Shown: piece by piece, positions 10,751-19,986 of the stretch
How the letters are laid out: each line of letters begins with the position of its first letter
Position numbering within the stretch: position 1 is the first letter of the stretch
Source of the DNA: Calditrichia bacterium
GTDB lineage: Bacteria; Calditrichota; Calditrichia; RBG-13-44-9; J075
Direction: 5' to 3'
Assembly: GCA_050633245.1 (NCBI GenBank)
Contig: JBOEGD010000004.1
Location: 109,866-173,865 of the forward strand
DNA length: 64,000 bases
Position numbers and translations under genes: made by a program
Notes under the pieces: generated by a model
What the model saw: only the letters and a program-made list of their open reading frames with translations
Database searches by the model: none
Told to the model about the DNA's origin: nothing

Positions 10751-11374
10751 ATGTCTCAAAGCCTGCTTCCTGTTTTTCCGCTACAGCTGGTGTTATTCCC
10801 CGGAATGCTTCTTCCATTGCACATCTTTGAAGAACGCTATAGGGAAATGATTGCCCGCTGTTTAGAGAAGAAAGAGCCTTTTGCTATCGTATTGGTTCAA
10901 AATGATGCCGTTATGGAGACAGCAACTCTTGCAGAAATTGTTGCCGTGGTTAAGGAATATCCGGATGGGCGAATGGATATTTTGACTCGTGGAAACAACC
11001 GGGTTGTGCTCAAAAATGTTTCTGAAGCAGCCAGCTATTTGCAGGCTGAATATTCGGTTCTGGAAGATTTGAATCCCGCTGCCGGAACGGAACTTGTTGA
11101 AAAAGGACGTAATCTGCTTAGAGCATTTATTAAACACAGTGGCGACGAGGTCGATGAAGAAAGACTTGGAGCACTACCTGCGGATGAACTCGGTTTTCTT
11201 ATTGCAGCACATGGCGGTTTTAGTCTCCTTGAAAAACAGCGGTTTCTGGAAATGACTGATGCCTCTGAAAGGCTAGACGCTCAGCTCAAACTTGCTGAAA
11301 TACTTGATGCGCGTGCGACAACTGATGCAATTGAGCGAAAACCCATAAGTACGAACGGAAAGTTGCCGCATTAA
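10751..11374 (+). CDS. LON peptidase substrate-binding (N-terminal) domain protein
   Basis: LPVFPL..VLFPG..LPLHIFEERYREMI, YPDGR. Confidence 0.9.
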   Translation: MSQSLLPVFPLQLVLFPGMLLPLHIFEERYREMIARCLEKKEPFAIVLVQNDAVMETATLAEIVAVVKEYPDGRMDILTRGNNRVVLKNVSEAASYLQAEYSVLEDLNPAAGTELVEKGRNLLRAFIKHSGDEVDEERLGALPADELGFLIAAHGGFSLLEKQRFLEMTDASERLDAQLKLAEILDARATTDAIERKPISTNGKLPH

Positions 11375-11462
11375 GCGCTGAGCTTTAGGTATATATTAAC
11401 AATTCATACTATTACTACCCGACATAAACCTCTTGGGCGACTACTCTTGGAAGGAATCTGCT

Positions 11463-12578
11463 ATGCACGACCCACGTCTGCAAAAACTCGCGTCTGTACT
11501 CGTTAACCATTCAACGGCTATTCAATCTGGAGAAAATGTTTTAATCGAAGCATTTGATATTCCTGAAACTCTGGTTGAAATTCTTGTAGACACCGTAGCC
11601 GATAAAGGCGCCAATCCGTTTGTTTGGATAAAGAAAAATCGCGTTATCCGCAATCTTCTGCTGAATGCAACACCATCCCAGTTTGAGACTCTTGGCGAGA
11701 ATGAACTGCAATTAATGAAGCAGATGGATGCCTATATCGGCGTTCGCGGGAGTGAAAATGTAAATGAACTCTCGGATGTGCCGAAGGATAAGATGGATTT
11801 GTATCTAGAGAATGTGCTAAAGCCCGTGCATTTTAAGGAGAGAGTAAATAATACCAAATGGGTTATTCTTAGATATCCAGCGCCTTCTTTTGCACAGCAG
11901 GCCGGGATGAGTACCACGGCATTCGAGGATTTCTTCTTTGATGTTTGCACGCTGGATTATGCCCAAATGGCTGTGGCACAACAGCCGCTAAAAGCCTGGA
12001 TGGAGCGCACCGATCGCGTGGAAATTACTGGTCCCGATACCGATCTCAGTTTTTCGATCAAAGATATCCCGGTAATTACCTGTTCCGGTGGACATAATAT
12101 TCCAGATGGAGAGGTGTTTACTTCACCCGTTCGTGATTCAGTAAATGGTCGAATTGCTTACAATACGCCGACTATCTACCAAGGAATAACGTTTAACGAT
12201 ATTGTTCTGACCTTTAAAGACGGCAAGGTTGTGGAAGCAATTGCCGATAAAACTGAGAAATTAAACGAAATTCTCGATACGGATGAGGGCGCCCGATATA
12301 TTGGTGAATTTGCCATCGCCTTCAATCCGTATATTGTTAATCCAATGCTTGATATTCTGTTTGATGAGAAGATGGCGGGTTCATTTCACTTTACGCCGGG
12401 GAATGCTTATGAGGATGCTGATAACGGTAATCGCTCGAACATTCATTGGGACATGGTGATGCGACAAACGCCGGAGTTTGGTGGTGGTGAAATTCGCTTC
12501 GATGACGAGTTGATACGTAAAGACGGTCTGTTTGTCCCGGCTGATTTACAGGGCTTGAACCCTGAGAACTTGCGATAA
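11463..12578 (+). CDS. Aminopeptidase, M29 family (AmpS/AmpT)
   Basis: NIPDGEVFTSP, IGEFAI, LFDEKM.GSFHF, NRSNIHWDMV. Confidence 0.92.
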   Translation: MHDPRLQKLASVLVNHSTAIQSGENVLIEAFDIPETLVEILVDTVADKGANPFVWIKKNRVIRNLLLNATPSQFETLGENELQLMKQMDAYIGVRGSENVNELSDVPKDKMDLYLENVLKPVHFKERVNNTKWVILRYPAPSFAQQAGMSTTAFEDFFFDVCTLDYAQMAVAQQPLKAWMERTDRVEITGPDTDLSFSIKDIPVITCSGGHNIPDGEVFTSPVRDSVNGRIAYNTPTIYQGITFNDIVLTFKDGKVVEAIADKTEKLNEILDTDEGARYIGEFAIAFNPYIVNPMLDILFDEKMAGSFHFTPGNAYEDADNGNRSNIHWDMVMRQTPEFGGGEIRFDDELIRKDGLFVPADLQGLNPENLR

Positions 12579-12593
12579 GCGCTGAACGGTAGA

Positions 12594-12619
12594 ATTGAAA
12601 ATTGAACATTGAACATTGG
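12594..12619. repeat. Short degenerate 7-bp tandem repeat (ATTGAAM, about 3.5 copies)
   Basis: attgaaa attgaac attgaac attgg just upstream of the SDR start. Confidence 0.5.
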
Positions 12620-12626
12620 AACCAAT

Positions 12627-13337
12627 ATGGCAAACAAACCCATAGCTCTTATAACAGGTGCCTCACGCGGAATTGGTCGCGCTACGGCTGTGAGACTGGC
12701 TGAAGGTGGATACAATACGATTCTTACCGGGCGCAATGTTGTCAGCCTTGAAGAATCGCGAGCCCATGTCGTGGCTGCCGGAGACCTTGATTGTAAGGTT
12801 TTTGCCGCTGATCTTGGTAAGTCTGAGGACATTGCGAGGCTCGCTGAGGAAGCAGGGAAGAGGGTTGACGTTCTGATTAATAATGCCGGGCTTCTTCACG
12901 CGAAACCATTTTTAGAACTTACAGATGAAGAAATTAGTGATATGTTGAACCTTAATTTGGTCGCAATAATGCGGCTTACTCGTCACGTCTTGCCACAGAT
13001 GTTGGAGCGTGAATCCGGGGCTATTGTAAACATTGCTTCACTCGCTGCAAAAAATGGCTTTGCCGGGGGAAGCGGATACTGTGCTTCAAAGTTCGGATTG
13101 CGTGGATTTGCTTCCTCTTTAATGCAGGAAGTGCGTAGCAAAAACGTTCGAGTGATTACTCTATTTCCCGGATCGGTGGATACGGGATTGATTGCCCGCT
13201 ATGATGCCGCACCGCGTCCTGATTCAATGCTACAGCCTGATGATGTCGCAGAAGCTATTCTTACGGCGATCTCTTTGCCGGTAAGAGCAACGATCAGTGA
13301 GTTGGATTTGCGGCCGAGCAATCCGCAAAAGCGCTAA
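12627..13337 (+). CDS. SDR-family oxidoreductase
   Basis: TGASRGIG, NNAG, YCASK. Confidence 0.95.
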   Translation: MANKPIALITGASRGIGRATAVRLAEGGYNTILTGRNVVSLEESRAHVVAAGDLDCKVFAADLGKSEDIARLAEEAGKRVDVLINNAGLLHAKPFLELTDEEISDMLNLNLVAIMRLTRHVLPQMLERESGAIVNIASLAAKNGFAGGSGYCASKFGLRGFASSLMQEVRSKNVRVITLFPGSVDTGLIARYDAAPRPDSMLQPDDVAEAILTAISLPVRATISELDLRPSNPQKR

Positions 13338-13461
13338 ATGCCGCAATAAAGTTTGTATACTAAAGAAGTTTGATTTACGATACATGCACTGATATTTCAT
13401 CGCGCTATCTTTGCAGAGCATTGTTACTGGAATGAATCACTAGATATTTGAGAATTACTGT

Positions 13462-14265
13462 ATGATAGACATCCACAATCATATTATTTTTCGGTTTGAC
13501 GACGGGCCGAAAACGCTGAATGAATCGCTTGATATGCTGCGAATGGCTGCTGATCAGGGGATTACCGACGTATTTGCTACTTCCCACTTCAATGAGATGA
13601 TTCCGCAGGAAACTGAGGAAGACTATTTCAACAAGCTTGCGCTATTACGTGAAGAAGTTGATAAAAAGAATATTGCTATCAAGCTTCACTCGGGCTCGGA
13701 AATGTTTTACCATCACTTCATGGATAAAACGGTTGCCTCCAGTCGCGTTACCACCTTAGCCGATCAAAATCAGTATATCTTAATGGAATTCCCGATGTTT
13801 CTAATGCCTACCGGTGTTGAGGACACGGTTTTCAAGCTGACCATGGATGATTACATTCCAATTATTGCTCACCCGGAGCGCTATTCGGTTATTATTGAAA
13901 AGCCGGAAAAAATCGTTCTGTTTATACGTTATGGCGGTCTGTTGCAGGTAAATGCCGGCAGTATTGTTGGAGATTTTGGTCGTCGGGTACAGAAAATTGC
14001 CTTAAATCTACTCGAGAAGCAGCTGGTGCATTTTGTGGCATCTGATGCCCACAGCACCAAAGGACGTTCCTTCAAGTTAGATAAAGCTATTTCGGTCATG
14101 GAAGAGAACCTTGATAAAGAGTATGTCAAGCAGCTGACGCAAACCAATCCTGCCGCCATCCTAAGTCGCGAGCGTCTAAAAAATGTTGCTCTTCCGCAGC
14201 TTGAACTGGAAGATGAGTCTGGCGGTTTCCTCAGTCGTGTGAAGCGGCGTTTTAAGCTGAGCTAG
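13462..14265 (+). CDS. PHP-family tyrosine-protein phosphatase (CpsB/CapC/YwqE-like)
   Basis: MIDIHNHI, DDGP, ATSH, IIAHPERY, ASDAH. Confidence 0.92.
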   Translation: MIDIHNHIIFRFDDGPKTLNESLDMLRMAADQGITDVFATSHFNEMIPQETEEDYFNKLALLREEVDKKNIAIKLHSGSEMFYHHFMDKTVASSRVTTLADQNQYILMEFPMFLMPTGVEDTVFKLTMDDYIPIIAHPERYSVIIEKPEKIVLFIRYGGLLQVNAGSIVGDFGRRVQKIALNLLEKQLVHFVASDAHSTKGRSFKLDKAISVMEENLDKEYVKQLTQTNPAAILSRERLKNVALPQLELEDESGGFLSRVKRRFKLS

Positions 14266-14377
14266 GCACTTGCCCACATAAAATCCTTGTTTTAAATCTC
14301 CTGTAAATATACATTTATCAGCAGGTAATCTATTTCATGCCTGTCGATTACATGTCCACTTATTTTCAGGAGCATTT

Positions 14378-16411
14378 ATGTCCCCAACGGCTACTCTTCC
14401 TGCAAAGTTCATTTTTACTATCATGCTTGTTGCCGCGGTTGCAGCCTTTATTTACTTCATGTATTTGCGCATCAAAGTTCTGTATGCCGCTCAGCCGGTA
14501 GATAGATTTAATAATTATGGCGAGCGTTTTCGCAGCTTGATCGTTTATTATCTTGCACAAAAACGCATGTTGGATAAGCGCTTTCGTGGTGCCGGTTTTA
14601 TGCACGCCATGGTTTTTTGGGGTTTTGTTGCTGTTTCCCTGAACACAGTGCACCTTATTGTGCGGGCCTACGTTCCCGGTTTCCACATGCCGCTGTTTGG
14701 ACCGGATAGCCCGTTGGGATATTTTTACATCTTTATCCGAGACGTATTCGAAATAATGGTCTTCGTAATGGTGCTATTTTTCGCCTATAGGCGTCTCGTT
14801 ATCAAGCCAGACCGTATTAGCCTGTCTGGCGATGCTGCTTTTATCCTCAGTATGATCGCCACCCTGATGGTAACAGATTTTTTCCTCAATGGCTCTGCTA
14901 AAGCACTGTATGGAGAAACAGGTGAAGCGCCGTCCTTTGTTGCCAATATCATGGCCGGATTCCTTGCGCCTATGAGCAAGGGTTCTTTATCTGTTCTGCA
15001 CGACTCTGCCTGGTGGCTGCACATGGTAACGCTGCTGTTTTTTATGGCATATCTGCCAATATCCAAACACTTTCATGTGGTTACCTCAGCATTCAACGTC
15101 TTTTTCCGCAATCTGGAGCCCAGCCGGCTGCCTCATATGGATCTGGAAGATGAAAATCTCGAAAATTACGGCGTGTCTGCGGTTGAGCAGTTCGACTGGA
15201 AAGACATTCTCGACGTTTATACATGTACTCATTGCGGACGCTGTCAATCCGTATGTCCCGCCTACGCCACCGAAAAACCTCTGTCGCCAAAGAAGGTGAA
15301 CGAAGACATGCGTGAGCACGTTATGGAAAAAACTCCGTGGATTCTTCAAATGGCCGATCAGGTTAACGGCGAAGGTGCTGCCTGGGAGGGTGAAGCATTG
15401 GTTGGTGGGGCAATTAAGGAAGAAACCATCTGGTCTTGCACTACCTGTAAAGCCTGTGAAGATGCCTGTCCGCTATTCATCGACTTTATCGATCGCTTTG
15501 TAGAAATGCGTCGTCACCTGGTTCTTGAGGAGAGTCGCTTTCCTGCAGAGTTGACAAATATATTCAAAAATCTCGAAAACAGTGGAAATCCATGGGGAAT
15601 AGCACCGGACGATCGTGAAAACTGGATGGAAGGGTTATCAATTCCCAAGGCGCGCGATGTAGATACCGAGGTCGAATACCTGTTCTTTGTCGGTTGTGCC
15701 GGGGCATTCGACCAGAAAGCACAGAAGACCGTGCAGTCTCTGTCAGCCATTCTTAATAGCGCTGGTGTTAACTACGCGGTGCTTGGAAAAGAAGAAACCT
15801 GCACGGGAGATCCTGCAAGGCGAGTAGGCAATGAATATTTGTATCAGATGATGGCTGAACAAAACATCGAGATGTTAAATTCGAAAAGTTTTAAGAAGGT
15901 GATTACCAGTTGCCCGCACTGTTACAATACAATCAAAAATGAATATCCGCAGCTTGGCGGCAATTTTAAGGTTGTTCATCATACCGAAGTAATTGCCGAA
16001 CTTATAAAAGAAGGTAAAATTACGCTGACTGAAAAACTTGATAAAACCATTACCTATCACGATTCCTGCTACATTGGTCGTCATAATGATGTCTACGACG
16101 CACCAAGAGAGGCTCTGAAGGCCATTCCCGGCGTAACGCTACAGGAGATGCCTCGTAGTCGCAATAACGGCTTCTGTTGCGGTGCTGGCGGCGGACGTAT
16201 GTGGATGGAAGAAGACAAGCCTCGCGTAAATCAGAATCGCGTTGATGAAGCCGCTACCGAAACGGATGCCGGCCTTGTCAGTACAGCTTGTCCGTTTTGT
16301 TCGATCATGATTCATGATGGAATTAATGAAACGGGGCGAGAAGGGCAGTTGGAAACAATGGATGTTGCTCAGCTGGTAGCCCAGTCGATGAAAAAAAGTG
16401 ACAGCGCTTGA
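14378..16411 (+). CDS. Membrane-bound Fe-S oxidoreductase (NarI-like TM region + 2x[4Fe-4S] + CCG domains; FadF/HdrD-like)
   Basis: N-terminal TM helices, CTHCGRCQSVCP, CTTCKACEDACP, YHDSC, CCGAGG, TACPFC. Confidence 0.9.
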   Translation: MSPTATLPAKFIFTIMLVAAVAAFIYFMYLRIKVLYAAQPVDRFNNYGERFRSLIVYYLAQKRMLDKRFRGAGFMHAMVFWGFVAVSLNTVHLIVRAYVPGFHMPLFGPDSPLGYFYIFIRDVFEIMVFVMVLFFAYRRLVIKPDRISLSGDAAFILSMIATLMVTDFFLNGSAKALYGETGEAPSFVANIMAGFLAPMSKGSLSVLHDSAWWLHMVTLLFFMAYLPISKHFHVVTSAFNVFFRNLEPSRLPHMDLEDENLENYGVSAVEQFDWKDILDVYTCTHCGRCQSVCPAYATEKPLSPKKVNEDMREHVMEKTPWILQMADQVNGEGAAWEGEALVGGAIKEETIWSCTTCKACEDACPLFIDFIDRFVEMRRHLVLEESRFPAELTNIFKNLENSGNPWGIAPDDRENWMEGLSIPKARDVDTEVEYLFFVGCAGAFDQKAQKTVQSLSAILNSAGVNYAVLGKEETCTGDPARRVGNEYLYQMMAEQNIEMLNSKSFKKVITSCPHCYNTIKNEYPQLGGNFKVVHHTEVIAELIKEGKITLTEKLDKTITYHDSCYIGRHNDVYDAPREALKAIPGVTLQEMPRSRNNGFCCGAGGGRMWMEEDKPRVNQNRVDEAATETDAGLVSTACPFCSIMIHDGINETGREGQLETMDVAQLVAQSMKKSDSA

Positions 16412-16457
16412 TATCGGCGCCGTCAGGGAGACAATGCACAAAGTCTGGAGAAATAGA

Positions 16458-16772
16458 ATGAAAGCTTTTGCTGCGATCTGTTTTGCCTGTTTTCTTATCT
16501 CTGTTGTTTCATGTGGCCGTGATGTCGCCGGCCCGGAACCCGTTATCACCAAGGCGATTCCTGAAATTAAGATCGGGAGTACAATCAATGAAGTACGTCA
16601 GGTATATGGCACGCCGGATCTCGAAGGCTATGATTATCACGACCTCGGCCAGTTCGATGACAATGGCATAATCCGTTTTGATTACGCTATGCATTATGAC
16701 GCACAAAACCTCACCTTTTGGCTGGATAAAAGCTGGCCGCGCTTGGTAACACACATAGACGGCTCTCTCTAG
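16458..16772 (+). CDS. Small hypothetical lipoprotein
   Basis: GGAG RBS, lipobox VVSC, SmpA/BLIP-like IKIGSTINEVRQVYGTPD. Confidence 0.65.
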   Translation: MKAFAAICFACFLISVVSCGRDVAGPEPVITKAIPEIKIGSTINEVRQVYGTPDLEGYDYHDLGQFDDNGIIRFDYAMHYDAQNLTFWLDKSWPRLVTHIDGSL

Positions 16773-16812
16773 CAGAATAAATCACGTGATTTAACTATCT
16801 GTATGCCTATTC

Positions 16813-16839
16813 AGTGTCCGGTGACCCTCACCGGACACT
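16813..16839 (+). terminator. Intrinsic terminator hairpin
   Basis: Perfect 12-bp stem AGTGTCCGGTGA-CCC-TCACCGGACACT. Confidence 0.7.
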
Positions 16840-16912
16840 TCTGCTGTGTAATCTTTTTACAGCTATTGCGACGATTAACTGATAAAGTCTCGATTTAAGG
16901 CGATTGTTATAA

Positions 16913-16930
16913 TTGGTATAAGATTTGTAT
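16913..16930 (+). promoter_or_regulatory. Putative sigma54 (-24/-12) promoter
   Basis: TTGGTATAAGATTTGTAT (GG-N10-GT), ending 43 bp before the ATG at 16974. Confidence 0.5.
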
Positions 16931-16973
16931 TTATGCCGGTCGTAACTGAATTAAATCAATCTGAGGAATTATT

Positions 16974-18626
16974 ATGAAGATCTGTGCGCAACTACTTACG
17001 ATACTGCTTTTTCTCTCTATGCAACTTTCTGCGGCGGACTACTATGTCGATGATGTATCTTCAAACGGTAATGGTTCTCAATCCAGCCCCTTTAACGATT
17101 TTGATGATGCAATGAGCGCTGCTCAACCCGGTGATGTAATCTATGTAATGCCGGGAACCTATGATTTGTCTGGCGAGATCGCTTCTGTGCGCGATGGCTC
17201 TGCCAATCAGCGTATTACGATAAAGGCTTTTGACGCCAATAACAGACCACTCATCGAACGAACCGGTCGCGTGATGGAAATCGATCACCGATACATTACA
17301 ATTGACGGGTTAAGAATTAATGGTAAATTCGGCGATAGCGACGTTGTGCGCATGCGTGATGCCGACTATGCGATTATTCGCAACACTGAAATCTTCAATG
17401 GAACGAAAGACGGTATCGACATGCACAAGTCAGACAATGTGCTAATTGAAGACTGTGAAATTCACCACATGCTCGGTGGAACAATCAGTAATCAGGTCGA
17501 TGCCCACGGCATTGTCGCAACTGGTGAGAAGAATCTGACTATTCGCGGCTGTGACATTTACTATGTCTCCGGCGATTGTTTTCAGACCGATCCAAATCGC
17601 GGCTACCCTTTGTGGGACAATGTCCTTGTTGAAAACAGTAAGCTCTGGACAGGTCCTCTTCCGGGAGATGCCGCAGGTTGGGACCAGGGTGAAATTCCTG
17701 GTGAAAATGGAATTGATACCAAGATCAATCCTGATTCAGTCAGCTTTGGCTATCGACCAAAAATTGTAATTCGCAATGTCGTTTCCTATGGATTTGAAGA
17801 AGGCTATATCAACAATCGCTCTGCCATGAATATTAAAGAAAACATCGATTGTACTTTGGAAAACGTGGTGGTCTTCAACAATGAGATCGGATATCGTCTA
17901 CGTGGACCGGGTAGTCGCGGTGGCGCTCAGGTGTTAATGATCAATTGCGTTGGCTTTAATAACGACAAAACGTTTCGCCTGGAAGATGGTATTGAGAATC
18001 TGAAAATTTACAACTCGACGTTCAACAATAATGGCGGAGACTACATTCAGAACGCTGGTGGTGGGCCTGATGAAGGCTCACTCGATGTTCGCAACAATCT
18101 ATTTGTCTCCGAGAAGCCATCCATCGCTGATGATGGAACTAATCTGGTTGCCAACAGTTCGTATTTTATCGACATGGCAAATCATGATTATCACCTGTCG
18201 CAAACTAGCCCTGCCATTGATGCTGGTGATGATATCAGTATGGTTACAATCGACTTTGATGGTAATCCACGCTTCGCCGGCAGCTACGACGCTGGTGCGG
18301 ATGAATTTGACAGTACAACCGGAATTAGTTCGCCAGGTCAGGAAATCGCTGGTTTTGAATTAATGCCGAACTTTCCAAATCCATTTAATCCTGAAACGAC
18401 GATTCCCTTTCGTCTCGATGAATCGTCTAACATCCAGCTTTCGGTATTTAATATTGTCGGTCAAAAGGTCACCACATTGGTTGAAGGCACAGTAGCGGCC
18501 GGAAGCTATGAAATAAAGTGGAATGGACTTGATGATCTTGGAAATAGAGTTGGAACGGGCGTATATATCTATCGCCTGCAGTACGGCAACACAAGCCAAA
18601 CCCTGAAAATGCACTTAATACAGTAA
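16974..18626 (+). CDS. Secreted right-handed beta-helix protein (pectin-lyase fold) with choice-of-anchor-Q-like motif and Por/T9SS-type C-terminal domain
   Basis: Signal peptide; YYVD..GNGS..SPF..AQPGD.IYV.PGTY; beta-helix repeats; SPAIDAG...DFDGNPR...DAGADEF; NFPNPFNPET tail. Confidence 0.85.
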   Translation: MKICAQLLTILLFLSMQLSAADYYVDDVSSNGNGSQSSPFNDFDDAMSAAQPGDVIYVMPGTYDLSGEIASVRDGSANQRITIKAFDANNRPLIERTGRVMEIDHRYITIDGLRINGKFGDSDVVRMRDADYAIIRNTEIFNGTKDGIDMHKSDNVLIEDCEIHHMLGGTISNQVDAHGIVATGEKNLTIRGCDIYYVSGDCFQTDPNRGYPLWDNVLVENSKLWTGPLPGDAAGWDQGEIPGENGIDTKINPDSVSFGYRPKIVIRNVVSYGFEEGYINNRSAMNIKENIDCTLENVVVFNNEIGYRLRGPGSRGGAQVLMINCVGFNNDKTFRLEDGIENLKIYNSTFNNNGGDYIQNAGGGPDEGSLDVRNNLFVSEKPSIADDGTNLVANSSYFIDMANHDYHLSQTSPAIDAGDDISMVTIDFDGNPRFAGSYDAGADEFDSTTGISSPGQEIAGFELMPNFPNPFNPETTIPFRLDESSNIQLSVFNIVGQKVTTLVEGTVAAGSYEIKWNGLDDLGNRVGTGVYIYRLQYGNTSQTLKMHLIQ

Positions 18627-18653
18627 GTAAGAAATTCTCTTCTCTACTAAGGC

Positions 18654-18686
18654 CCGCTGTGGAATTGTTCTGCAGCGGTCTTTTTC
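18654..18686 (+). terminator. Intrinsic terminator
   Basis: CCGCTGTGGAA-TTG-TTCTGCAGCGG followed by a T-tract. Confidence 0.7.
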
Positions 18687-18695
18687 TTATTTTTA

Positions 18696-19448
18696 TTAAA
18701 GTAAAGGAAGTGCCGCAGCCCCGACAACTTTTTTACCGCTCTCTTGCAAGTAGGCAACTAACTCATAGCTCTCACCGCTAAGTTCAGTAAACTCCGGAAT
18801 GTTAACCATCCCGTTGCTGCTGTTGACGCTGGAACTGGAAAACGCCATAACTACATTGTTATGTGATAGTTTTCTTCCGCGATTCTCGCCACGTGGAACA
18901 TCATTGTCTGCCTTTACACGTACCACTGCCAGGTTGAGAGTTCCGCTAAATTTTTGCTGCGCATCCCAATTTATTTTTCCATTGTCCACACTATTACGTG
19001 TTATAGCCAGATTGTATTGAGGAGCTTGAGAAAGGGCTTTTTCAACCTCTGCTTTAGCCTGCCCACTTCTGGAACCAACGAATTCAACATTGCCATTTAT
19101 TATCATCTGAGGCGTGTAGATGCTCCGCAGGCCAAAAGCAGAGCCGTATTCACGCTGGCGTTGTGTTAGAGTTTCGCTGCTGTAGGGGTCTTTCCACCCA
19201 AGGTAATTCCAATAATCTACGTGCATTGAAAGCGCATAAACTTTCTTACCTGAATCTTTTGCCTGCTTGTTGATCTCTTGCAACACTTTGTCTGCGGAAG
19301 GGCAACTGCTACAGCCTTGTGAGGTAAATAATTCGATAACGGCAATGCCGTTTTCTGTTTCGGGAAGGGGAGCTTCTGCTGATCCGGCAGCTACGAATGC
19401 GAGTAAAACCAACGCACCCAATAAAGTAATGACCCATATTGATTTCAT
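18696..19448 (-). CDS. DUF1223 thioredoxin-like secreted protein
   Basis: ELFTSQGCSSCPSAD, HVDYWNYLGWKDPYS, YTPQ, GENRGRKLSH; start MKSIW with RBS. Confidence 0.92.
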   Translation of the reverse strand: MKSIWVITLLGALVLLAFVAAGSAEAPLPETENGIAVIELFTSQGCSSCPSADKVLQEINKQAKDSGKKVYALSMHVDYWNYLGWKDPYSSETLTQRQREYGSAFGLRSIYTPQMIINGNVEFVGSRSGQAKAEVEKALSQAPQYNLAITRNSVDNGKINWDAQQKFSGTLNLAVVRVKADNDVPRGENRGRKLSHNNVVMAFSSSSVNSSNGMVNIPEFTELSGESYELVAYLQESGKKVVGAAALPLL

Positions 19449-19473
19449 GTTATGTCTCCGTTTGATAGGTTCG

Positions 19474-19529
19474 ATAAGGCAATAAGGCAATAAGGCAATA
19501 AGGCAATAAGGCAATAAGGCAATAAGGCA
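19474..19529. repeat. Perfect tandem repeat (ATAAGGCA) x7
   Basis: Seven exact 8-bp copies counted directly. Confidence 0.97.
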
Positions 19530-19607
19530 GAACTTGCTACCGTTCACCGCTTAAATATATAGTAAAGGCTCTTTAAAATCATCCTGAGGTTCTAACGGAA
19601 TTCTAAC

Positions 19608-19853
19608 ATGTCATCTGGTTTTGTCTTGATATTACTTGATAAGGCGCTTCGGATTGTAGATGATACTGTTTTATCTGAAGAATGTTATCAGGAAGCTTTT
19701 GCCCTGGCCGTGCAAGCTAAAACTACTGTCTATGATGCGTTATACCTGGTTGCTGCTCGTAGACAAAATGCCCATCTGGCTTCAGCAGACAACCGTCTGG
19801 TTAATATTGCAAAGAAACGCCATATTCGTGTTATAACAGATATTGACATATAG
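19608..19853 (+). pseudogene. Truncated PIN-domain (VapC-like) toxin remnant
   Basis: C-terminal PIN motifs TVYDALYLVAA...LASADNRL; N-terminal catalytic Asp strand and antitoxin not seen. Confidence 0.65.
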
Positions 19854-19986
19854 ATTTAAACGAATTGACATCCATTAGCGGAACTCTAACTCGTAAAAAT
19901 GAATATACCAAATATCTACCCGCGTTTCCCGTTGATTCGCGAGCGTTGAAGTTGTATATTTTTGCTGTTCATAAACGGAGAAATCC

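Noticed and set aside
19474-19529. Possible CRISPR array
   Set aside because: 8-bp head-to-tail units with no spacers and no cas genes in the window.
19449-19547. N-terminal extension of the DUF1223 ORF containing repeated CLIALLPY
   Set aside because: Artefact of reading through the 8-bp tandem repeat; the RBS and signal peptide support the start at 19448.
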